Below, piece by piece: positions 1 through 10,740 of a DNA stretch of 64,000 nucleotides. The translations under genes were made by a program, and so were the position numbers. How positions within the stretch are numbered: position 1 is the first letter of the stretch; each line of letters begins with the position of its first letter. This DNA comes from Pecten maximus (lineage: Eukaryota): assembly GCF_902652985.1 (NCBI RefSeq), contig NC_047029.1:9548001-9612000 (forward strand). The letters are read 5' to 3'. Under the pieces are notes generated by a model, which worked only from the letters and a program-made list of their open reading frames with translations, did not search any database and had not been told where the DNA came from.

Positions 1-575
1 GATTCGGCTGCTAAGTATGAATAATAACTAGACCAACCAAACCTTAGCCATACATGTATCATGGGTAGTAGAGCCTACTGCCCTTAAACATTTTATGGAT
101 GTCTGCAGTTTTCAACAAGTTTTATGATATTGACAAAGTGTGACAGGCGACACAAACATGTATAATTATGTTTAAATCTTGTTATTGTAATAATTTTCCA
201 AATATTTTTGCAAAAACGGTGAGTCCAACACAGAGATTTCAGTCAATGGTCCAATCTATTGGAGAGTGCTGTTTACATATTTTGGATGTAGGGTAGATGT
301 CATCAGAACCAATGTAAACAAAGCTCTCCAAGTAAATGGGACCATTGAATGAATCTCCGTATTGGACTCACCGTTTTTATGCACATATTTCCTGGATTTT
401 TTGGTGAGACCTCTTGTATACACCTGTATCCGAGGTAGATTCATCTGGATTGCTACAATTCTCTACCTTCCTGGACGTTGTATCCTTCTCCCTCCCATGT
501 TGATTTATAAATATTTATTCATTTGAATGGTATTATGTTTCCCCGCCATAGTCTCCAGTGCTATCTCTTCTATAG

Positions 576-2044
576 GTGCTGTATTTGCTGGTCCAATGCC
601 GACAATGGCCACCATTAAACTGTGTACAGGTCGACCAATTATCAACCACCCTCACTACGAGGACGCTGGATTACGGTGAGTGGGTTATATTCCAATGTTA
701 AAATCGTTATTACTTTTCTGTTAAAGTTCTAGACTTCATTTAACAGTGAATGAAATTGCTCATGTAAGTGCCATACGGAAGGAATAATTTTAAGTTTATT
801 TGCAAAAATGTCAAGAGATTAGGGTTAAAGGCCGTGATAGGTCAGTGAGTTAGAGTGCCAGCCATGTAACCATCAGATCCGAGGTGTATTGTTAGACGCT
901 CCCTACCAGTGTAGGTTTGTGATTCTTGCGAAACTAAGAAATGGGCTGGTCTGTGTTATGGTTGTGTCATTGGGCAAGATACTTTAACCTAATTGCTCTT
1001 GATGGCATGCGACATGCCTCCCGTATGTTGTTCATGTGAGGTAGTCACCAACTACTACAAGGAGACCCCACATCAAAATGATCATAGCTGTTCATGGGAC
1101 AATAAACCTAACAAACAAAAAAACACACATTATTTTACAGCTGATGTAATTGCTGATGTTAGTGCCAAACAGAAGGAATAATTTTAAGGGGAGATAATTG
1201 CTATGTACATTTTATTATTATAGTTGATATCATATATCTGTTATTACTATGACTGAACGAGAATGATTGTGTATGATTCAGGGAGCGGACGAAAGATGTT
1301 TATACCATGTATAGTAGAAAACCTGCTGAAGAAGTGAAAAAAATCCTCAAGAAACGTAAAGTCCAATACGCTATTTTGGAGGAATCTTGGTGTAACCGGC
1401 GATCAAGGTAAGTGACATTTTGATTATAGTAGAGTCCCACTTCTCTTATGACTAAATTGAGTTCTGATTAGTTAGGCTCAGACTTTGGAGTTTGAGAGCG
1501 ACACAATTTTAGTACAATGATTTCATCCTAGGACATTTTTTATTCCCCCACCATGAAATGAGGGGCATATAGCTATAGTGTTACCCATGTTGCGTCCCGT
1601 CCCATCCCGTCCCATCCCGTCCCAATGCAGTGTAACTAGCTAATCTCAGAAACTGCTGATGCGATCCTCACCAAACTGTGTTTCGGGGGTGTCAAGTGGC
1701 AGTGGGGGCATTTATGTCTTGCAGACATTTTCTAATTTATTTTAAAGCAGAATCCATGATGTTACCTGTCATGAGGCATGCCATACCTTTCAGCAACATT
1801 CCTTAAAACATTTTTTTTTTCTAAATCTCTTACATTTACCACAATTTACGATTGTGTCTCAAGCTTGAATCCATTGTCTGTCCTCTTTTGCAGCGTCGGA
1901 TGTTCCATGCCCGAGATCTGGGATATTGAGGACAAAGCAAATCGAGGAAAGCAGCCATTGTGTCAGAAACTTCTTCATAATGCTGAGCCGCATTTTAAAC
2001 GGGTGTTTAGGAACAATGTCTATCAAGTACTGAAAGTGACATAA
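576..2044 (+). CDS. DPY19L1: C-mannosyltransferase DPY19L1-like, last three coding exons (576-675, 1282-1407, 1894-2044); gene starts upstream of the window
   Basis: Manual splicing at AG/GT sites gives one frame: [88 protein letters not shown]...[12 protein letters not shown]. This is the recognisable DPY19 C-terminus ([16 protein letters not shown]). Confidence 0.93.
830..1122 (+). mobile_element. tRNA-derived SINE with CORE-like central motif, in a DPY19 intron
   Basis: A-box-like head (GGCCGTGATAGGTCAGTGAGTTAGAG), CORE-like GTGTCATTGGGCAAGATACTTTAACC and an A-rich tail. A related copy lies at about 6984-7192. Confidence 0.65.
1536..1740 (+). mobile_element. Non-autonomous Helentron-associated (HINE/DINE-like) element
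   Basis: T-run followed by CCCC...GGGGCATAT, a (GTCCC/ATCCC)n microsatellite, a 3' GGGGGCAT subterminal repeat and a short TGTC..GACA hairpin before a T-run. Confidence 0.55.
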
Positions 2045-2269
2045 CATCGATTCATACTGACTAGAAAATATGTAATCATGACACGTAAAGACCAGTGATC
2101 TGGAAAGTTGATGATAGGGAGAGCAGAGGAGATGGATATCAATAGAGAGAATGTCCTACAGGATGAATCCAGGAAAATAGAAGTTCTATGCAGGATGGGG
2201 AAAAATGAACATATTGTACTGTTTAAATTTAATCATTTCTATGGGTTGTCCCTGTTTGACAAATCCCCT

Positions 2270-2600
2270 CCCGATAGTTTTTGGGATAGCCCTTAAAAGA
2301 CTTCTTTTCTTGTTGTATAGTCATAATATCATAAAACTATCGTCCCGAGATGTTAAGAGTTTATTTGATATAACTGTATGGGGAGTTTTCTCATAGTTTA
2401 GCTCATGAGAGCTCCTCAAGATGTCAATAGTTGCTTTATTATAATTGATGGAAGTTTCCTAACGGTACATCTGAGGAGAGCGTCCTGAGATGTTAACAGT
2501 TACTTAAATTCAAATGTGGGGAGTTTTCTAACAGTACAGCTTATGAGAGCTCACCGAGATGTCAATAGTTGCTTTAACATATATAACTATTGGAAATAGC
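2270..2600. repeat. Degenerate tandem repeat of about 65-70 bp downstream of the DPY19 stop
   Basis: GAGAGC..CC.GAGATGT.AA.AGTT and GGGAGTTTTC motifs recur about 4-5 times. Confidence 0.55.
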
Positions 2601-4134
2601 CTTTAACATTGCCAAGCCAAGCTACTGTTATACAGTAACTTTTATACAGTTGTTGGGTGTTAGTTGTTCAAATGTATGCAGATTTCCTAGAAATTTGCTG
2701 ATAAGATGTTTAGAAATGAATGGTTTCTATGCAATTATATCTTGTTTGAAGAACCCCCCCCCCCCCCCAATCAAGCCTCAGATTTATATTAGGTGTACAT
2801 TTTGATTTCAAATGTAGATAAGCCATATCTATGCAGTTATTTTGAAAATAATCCTAAGAGATCTGACTCATTTTTGGCTGAGGCCTCATAAGTTAAACTT
2901 AATTTATAATATTTAAAATGTTTGTAAATGCATAATGATTTGTGTATTACTGAATTTTAAGTATGATTTAATTCTGTTGTTTCCAAAGTTAAATGTTAAG
3001 AGTACTTTCTCTCCTTGGTGTCGCATTTGAAGCAGCATCAATCTTGTGTCACAAAAAGTCTAATGTCAAAAAGCAAAATTGTCATGATAAACAGGATCAA
3101 TGACTTTAGATCCTGCAAATACAGAAATGTAGGTAAGCTGACATCTACTTCATCAGGATAAGATTTTTTGAAATATTCTGTCTATGTTGCTGAATAATCA
3201 TATATATATGGCACTATCCATGTGAGTGGTTCAGGCCATATGGGCCTCTTGTTAAATACAGGTGTATGTGTGACGTTTCAGTTTGTAGTATCACAGGGGC
3301 TTGACACATCTCTAAAACCCGGAATAAAATTTTTAACCCAAGGGTCTGACACCCACATCACTTTAACGGTGTATTGACTGGAAAGGTTGGAATATTTTCT
3401 TTACACATTTCTAAAGACGATGTTCCTGCCATTTTCAATTAAAAGTGGTCTGGAGGACGACCCGGTATTTCATTCTGGGAAGGTGTCAGGCCCCAGTGTT
3501 CAGTATGGCAAGTTCTTTATTACACTACTTTTTATTTACACCATTTATACTTAAGTTGGTTGTTGATGAAAAATTTGAAGAATGTTGATAAATCTCTGCA
3601 AAGATCTGCTGTTATATACATGATTGAACATGACAGTGCTTGTAGTTGTAGTACTAATTTATAGAATGTGGTTGTATTTTAAGGGATGTACTAAAAGATA
3701 TTAACATAATTCTGCTGTGAAGTGATGTAGATATTAACAAAAGTGTAGTTCAAGAAGTTGTTTTAGTTGAATGTCTTTTTAATAATTTTGCAATGCAATA
3801 AAACCAGTATTAAAGAAATAATTGAGGACTATTCCAGAATTATCTGTATCTGTATGGAAGGGGTGGGAGGTAGTCTACTTGTATTCAACTTAGATGGGTG
3901 TTGGGGGTATATCACCATTTTACTTAAAGTATTCTTTATTATACAGAATATGTTTCCATATTTGATGGGTGGTGGGGTCTCTGAAAAAATGCCTTCCACC
4001 CCTCCCAAATAGATAATATTGGAAGAGTCCTAATAAATCATGATTTTAATAATGCCATTGTTATGGTTGGTACATTTTGTATTTGGATCAGCAAAAATGT
4101 AATGGATTGCACTAATTATGTAGGTAGTCGTCCA

Positions 4135-4445
4135 GTTCTGCACTGGTGAGTTTGTCAAGGTATGCACTGGTCAGTTTGTCAAATTCTGCACTGGTCAGTT
4201 TGTCAAGTTTGGCACTGGTCAGTTTGTCAAATTCTGCACTGGACAGTTTGTCAAGTTTGGCACTGGTCAGTTTGTCAAATTCTGCACTGGTCAATTTGTC
4301 AAATTCTGCACTGGTCAGTTTGTCAAATTCTGCACTGGACAGTTTGTCAAGTTTGGCACTGGTCAGTTTGTCAAATTCTGCACTGGTCAATTTGTCAAAT
4401 TCTGCACTGGTTAGTTTGTCAAGTTCTGCACTAGTCAGTTTTGCG
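4135..4445. repeat. 24-bp minisatellite, about 13 copies
   Basis: Unit TCTGCACTGGTCAGTTTGTCAAAT. It accounts for the repetitive ORFs on both strands here. Confidence 0.95.
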
Positions 4446-5334
4446 TTCAGTATTAATTTCCCCATATCGGTTAACTTTGTTGGATGTATTGATAATTTTT
4501 TTAATTGCATAGTAATTACTTCCTGTCACCCTCTGATATACATCCTCACTCATACAAAATGTATCACTTATGTATCATGTTGGGGTGAGGATGTATAGCT
4601 AATACTGGATCTCCAACCACAAGACGCCTCACAAAAATAAACTCAGTTTTAAAAGCTGTGTATTAATTCCTGTTTAAGAGTATATATAATAATCTTTCTG
4701 TCAGAATGTAAGACATTTCTGTTTGAGTTGAGAATATATTTTAGTATGACTAAGAGTTTATTAGGATCATTTCATGTGTTGTAAATTTACAAACCAACAA
4801 AGTACAGAAATCCATGATAGTGGTGTAAATCTTATCAGAACGATTGTTTCATTACACATCTGTTTTTCTCACCTGTATGTGTAGATTTATATCTATTTAT
4901 AGCCATGATATCAGGTACATGTATCATTTTGATCATAAAATATCACACCTGTGTGATTGTGTATAAATGTCTGTCAGTAACATCAGATATCCAACGCTCA
5001 TAACTTGTCAGATCATTTTAGTGCGAGTGACATCATTAAAAGTATAGCTGATCATTATGCAATCATAGATGTGAATGATTTTAAGTAAAACTGTATGTTT
5101 GACATTTTTGACCAAATCTGAAAAACCATTAGTAAATTGTATATAATGTGTTAAGTTATATACAGTATTTGTTGTAAACGTCTTTGAAACCAAGGGTTCC
5201 ACTCTCAGAATATGTCAAAGAGCTGATAGTCAATTGGTTGTTCCAGGCATAAAATAACATAGACAAAAGAGGAGCTACATCTGTAAATGTAATGCTACTT
5301 ATCAAGTAAATTTGGCTCCTTTATTTAACATAGC

Positions 5335-5515
5335 AAATATCCGAGATTCATGTTGAAGTTTTGATGTTACAACAAATATCACAGATTCATGATGAAGTTC
5401 TGATGTTACAACAAATATCACAGATTCATTATAAAGTTTTGAAGTTACAACAAATGTCACAGATTTATGATAAAGCTCTGATGTTACAACAAATATCACA
5501 GATTCATGATGAGCT
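5335..5515. repeat. 39-bp minisatellite, about 4-5 copies
   Basis: Unit GATGTTACAACAAATATCACAGATTCATGATGAAGTTCT. Confidence 0.9.
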
Positions 5516-5871
5516 TTTATTACCCACAAGGTGGCATGTACATAGCATGATCATTTAGTCGTGATCTGTCACAGTATAATGAGGGTGGAATCCCTGGATA
5601 TCAAAGATAGTGGGGAATGTGTCAGTGTAAATCTTTAAAAATCTTGTTAATGTTTTATGTTATCACAATTGTGATAATTTTTTTTATGGTGATTGTAAAA
5701 ATTACAAGATCAATATTTTGATTTTGTTTATTTCATTGTTTGAAACTGTAGAAACATGAAGGCATTATATTTCACTACTAAAACACCAGACCATCAAAAA
5801 CCAATACAAACATTAAAATTCCATTAAAACTCCCAAACCCCTTAAAACATCATTGATTCTTGTTTGAAGTC

Positions 5872-6495
5872 GCTACCTGTATCAATACTGGATGTAAGTC
5901 TCTACCTGTATCCATAAAGGAAGTGAGTCTCTATCTGTATCCAAACAGGAAGTAAGTCTCTACCTGTATCCAAACAGGAAGTGAGTCTCCATCCGTATCC
6001 ATAAAGGAAGTGAGTCTCTACCTGTATCCATACATGAAGCAAGTCTCTACCTGTATCAATACAGGAAGTAAATCTCTACCTGTATCCATACAGGAAGTAA
6101 GTCTCTACCTGTATCCATACCGGAAGTGAGTCTCTACCTGTATCCATATAGGAAGTAAGTCTCTACCTGTATCCATACAGGAAGTAAGTATCTACCTGTA
6201 TCCATACAGGAAGTAAGTCTCTACCTGTATCAATACAGGAAGTGAGTATCTACCTGTATCCATACAGGAAGTGAGTCTCTACCTGTATCAATACAGGAAG
6301 TAAGTCTTTACCTGTATCCATACAGGAAGTGAGTCTCTACCTGTATCCATACAGGAAGCAAGTATCTACCTGTATCCATACAGGAAGTGAGTATCTACCT
6401 GTATCCATACAGGAAGTAAGTCTCTACCTGTATCCATACAGGAAGTAAGTCTCTACCTGTATCCAAACAGGAAGTGAGTCTCCATCTGTATCAAG
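5872..6495. repeat. 29-bp minisatellite with internal hairpin, about 21 copies
   Basis: Unit CTACCTGTATCCATACAGGAAGT(A/G)AGTCT, containing the inverted repeat CCTGTAT-CC-ATACAGG. Confidence 0.95.
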
Positions 6496-6983
6496 ACAGC
6501 ATGTAGCACTAGTTATAACACATAGAGATAACTGCTTATTGGCTCTCTGATAAAAATAGTTGTGCAGCGATGATACTTGGACTTCATCCAAATTGTCTTG
6601 CATTCAACTATATAAAGTTCCTAGTGTTGATGGTCTATACTATGGCTGAATGATAAAAGATTTGAGGCCGATAGGTGAAGGTATCTAAAGCTTCTAGATG
6701 TTGTCTATTTGGGGGAAGTTACAGGATGTTGATAACACTAAGCAATATTTTATCTAAGTCACTGAATCTCCATGTACTTGTCATTGTTCCGTTTGCTTTA
6801 TATTTGATTTGCATGATGCTTGTTTATTTTGTTGTTTTATCTGTTTTGTTTATGTTGAATTGTTTGAGTCTGTAAATTAAATGATTTTAAAGAATTTGAA
6901 TCATTTTCATTTGCTTTATGATAAAAGGAACGTGATACCTAAGGCAAAAAATCCATGGTATGTGATTCGACCCATGGCCACAC

Positions 6984-7192
6984 GACCAGTGTCGGTTTGT
7001 GTTTTTTGGGAAGTTGAGAAACGGGCCGGTCTGTGTTGTGGTTGTGTCCTTGGACAAAACCCAATTGCTCTGAGTGGTATTCAACGGGCCTCCCGCATGT
7101 TGTTCAGGGAGGTAGTCACCAACTACTACAAGGAGACCCCCACCTCAAAATGACCGTGGTTGTCTATGGAGCGATTAACCCCGCAAACAAAT
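6984..7192 (+). mobile_element. 5'-truncated copy of the SINE at 830-1122
   Basis: Shares GGTCTGTGTT.TGGTTGTGTC.TTGG...GAGGTAGTCACCAACTACTACAAGGAGACCCC...CAAAATGA with the first copy. Confidence 0.7.
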
Positions 7193-8796
7193 AATTGTAC
7201 TGGGGTTACAAATGAAAGATATGAAGTCCATGACATTGTAATGAAGGGAAGCATTTTGTTTTCTTTTGTTATATATATTTTATTGTTTCGCCTTCAATTC
7301 CGAAAGCAGAGGGAGGGGCTGGATGCACAAGTCAAGCTTTCTATTACTTCTATCATACAGTAACCCCATTCAATGAGCTGAAGATTGATTGTGTTACATG
7401 GAGGTGAACCATTCCAGAAAGGAGTGTAATACAAACAAGTTTGCCAGGGGGCCAATCTCGTTCACCTGTATTAACAATATGACAGAACAAGCAGAGCACA
7501 TTGATGACGTCGAAAAGTTAACATTTGAATTCGGTACTTTTTTTTAATAAATAATCTTTATTTATTAAAAAACAAAACAAAAAACAACAACAAACAAACA
7601 AACAAAACCAAAAAAAAACAAAACAAAAAGCTTCCGTTGCTTTTAAATTTTCGTTAAACTACCGAAGGTGAAATCATGACAATGATGGAATTTCTGGTCA
7701 GCGACATCCTTGCTGTGTTTGGTGAACAGATATAACGGATTATTGACATATCATGAAAACAAATTGACCCTTTAATGACCGACCTGGTTTGCAGAAATGG
7801 TAACAGAAATCTTTCAATTTCATCTGTAGGTGTATTGATGTTGCGATGTCTTAAAAACAAAGAAGACATTTTTTGACCATATCAATCGGATATACCATAT
7901 AGAACCTGGAATCAAATACAAGAACATATTCAACGTCCAACATTACCAGCAGTTGTTTTTCTTGTTTCTACACAACAAAAACACTGCATACCATTTAGTT
8001 TAACAATATTTTATTCAATATTCAATTGTCCCTGTCCCTGTTATTACGACTTCCATAACATATGTCTATTTATGGAAAAAAATCGTGTTTTAATGGTCGA
8101 CATCATGATATTATTAGGAAATATTTCCTTGTGCGATAATAGGTCGGGAATATAAAACGCCAATTCTTCTGGAACGTCTGGTCCTGCCCCCTAGTATTTC
8201 TATGTAAATCTATATTCTGTTCATGTTTTGCCCTCGTTTTGTGTTTTAATTCCATTTGCATGTCGTTATTCTTTGTTGTTTTAATACCCAATCTTTATTT
8301 TACCTCCCATTATACAGAATATTGTTCCCCTCATTCAAATATTATTCTGATCAAGTTACATCAAAGTCCATTTACGCATTCTGGACAAGTAGCAGTAGAG
8401 AGACGGATGGACAGAAAGAGTATGCTGCACCATGGTACACCGGTCCTCTGACCATTTTTTTAACGGAATTAAAATATTCTTATGGCCTATTATGACGGAC
8501 TACAGACTGTATGACAGGGACCAGAGAATTTTTTACAATCTATATCTAATTAGATAGTAATTTTCATTAATTTTGACGGGTTGGATTAAAATTTGTTAAA
8601 CATGACATCCATGACAGGTCCCTGTGATAATATATGTACGTAAATCAGAATATCTAACCCACGGTCCATATGTCTTATGTGTATCAGGATCTAAGATTCA
8701 GATCTAGCATATGGATTGTACTAAAGATAACCAGATATAAGAACAATTCAATAAAATAGCTAGAGTAAGATACAGTAAAGTCAAAATTAAAATGCG

Positions 8797-9355
8797 TTAT
8801 ACAGCTGTACCGTCCTTCCAGGACTTGTCGGTGATGTTAGGGACATCATACAGCTGTTCCGTCTCTCAAGACTTGTCAGTGATGTTAGGGACATCATACA
8901 GCTGTTCCGTCCCCTAAAGACTTATCAGTGATGTTAGGGACATCAAACAACTGTTCCGTCCCTCTAGGACTCGTCAGTGGTACTAGGGATATCATACAGT
9001 TGTTTCGTCCTTCAAGCACTCGTCAGTGATGTGAGAGGCATCATACAGCTGTTTCGTCCTTCTAGGACCCATCAGTGATGTTAGGGACATCGTACAGTTG
9101 TTCCGTCCTTCTCGGACTCGTCAGTGGTGTTAGGGACATCATACAGCTGTTCCGTCCTTCTAGGACTCGTCAGTGATGTAAGGGACATTGTACAGTTGTT
9201 CCGTCCCTCTAGGACTCGTCAGTGATGTAAGGGACATCATACAGTGGTTCCATCCCTCTATGACTCATCGTGATGTTAGGTACATCATACGGTACTAGTT
9301 CGTCCTTCTAGGACTCGTCAGTGATGTTAGGGACATCATACAGTTGTTACGTCCC
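8797..9355 (-). ncRNA. Tandem array of about 11 minimal hammerhead ribozyme units (48-51 bp period)
   Basis: Minus-strand consensus ACAUCA-CUGACGA-GUCC(UAGAA)GGAC-G(G/A)AA-CAGCUG-UA-UGAUGU-CCCUA contains the hammerhead core boxes, helix I, helix II and a palindromic helix III. Units start on the + strand at 8843, 8891, 8940, 8989, 9038, 9087, 9136, 9185, 9234, 9282 and 9333 (partial), with a degenerate unit near 8797. Confidence 0.85.
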
Positions 9356-10740
9356 TTACGTCCTTGATGCCAAGGGCCTACAGTATTGATATGATAAGAG
9401 ATGTATCAAGCCTCTGTGGACCATAAGACAGAGGTCAATAAACTTGTGAGTGCGATTGATAATGTCTATGAATGTAAATAAGGAATTACTTATCTGGGTC
9501 AACATGACTGAGTTGTCGACATGTCTAATGTTATACACTATTATTCATATACACACTCTTGACCTGGTGGGCCGCACTGAGTAGTAAGGTAAGTCATTTC
9601 TATGTCAAGAAAAACACCCTGTTATCCTGGAAAGTGTATCATATATTACATGAGAAAATTGTCTGTGATGTATGGCTAACACAAAATAATTCGGTGACAA
9701 ATTCTGTTAAAAAAATGTTAAACTGTTTTATTTACCGTGTTTATGACATTTTCGTTGACGATGCATTTTAATCAGGGTAACATACATACTTACCGAGAGA
9801 TATATCTACTGTATGATATGGCGTTAGAGAACTCGGTCTTAAGGTATATCCGAAATCTGTAACACAGTGTAAACCGCCACAATTGGGAGCACGGCTCCGA
9901 AGCATCACGAATGAGACAGAGATGAGAAATCATGTTGATATTGTTCCTATAAGGTATCATTTGTAGCAAATACTTATACCAAGGAACCCAAGATGTATAA
10001 GGTATCTCTACACGTTATCAGATTGAAAGTATGTTTTGGGGGTCTTGCACATTTGCTAGATCTTGGAAATTACCAAACGGGTATGGTAGAAATGGTAATA
10101 GCTGCATTGCTTTTAAACAGGCAAAATGCTTGAAATGTGAGAATGATCAAAAATTCATTTTAAAACACGCTACTCCTATCAACGTTGATATAGTAGGAGT
10201 AGGGGCCAATATTTTTTCTATCAGTACTAACCAGAAACAGACGTCACGGTACTGCACTTAGCATAGTGTTAAAACCATAGAGTGATCATATCTTCTAAAT
10301 GGACTTTGAGGACATTAATACGAAAATTGGATATGGAAATATAAAATTTTGCAACGAAATTATAACCACGACATGACTTCTTACCCATACCATTAACCAA
10401 CATAAATCTCTCGAAACCTCATTTAACATCGTAACTTCAGACATTTAACAAAAATTCAACGTCGAGCAATTTCCAAGCTTTAATAAAGGAATGTCTTTGA
10501 GACAATTCAACTATCCGATGTCACCTTTAACGGGTAATTGATCGTGAACCTGTTTAGCTGCAGCGAGTGAATTATTTTGTTCTCTATAGAAAACGATTCT
10601 ATTGGCAAATACGGGCATTTATGCAATGCTGTTTCACTTATGAGTTTGATCGACTACTGTATAATCCAGTTTGAACGTTACACATAACAGTAATGTTATG
10701 ACGTTTTTTCGTTGTTTTTTGTTTTGTTTTTTGTTTTTTT

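Noticed and set aside
4112-4598. LTSAEFDK-repeat and overlapping ORFs
   Set aside because: The 24-bp minisatellite is open in several frames on both strands, with no gene context.
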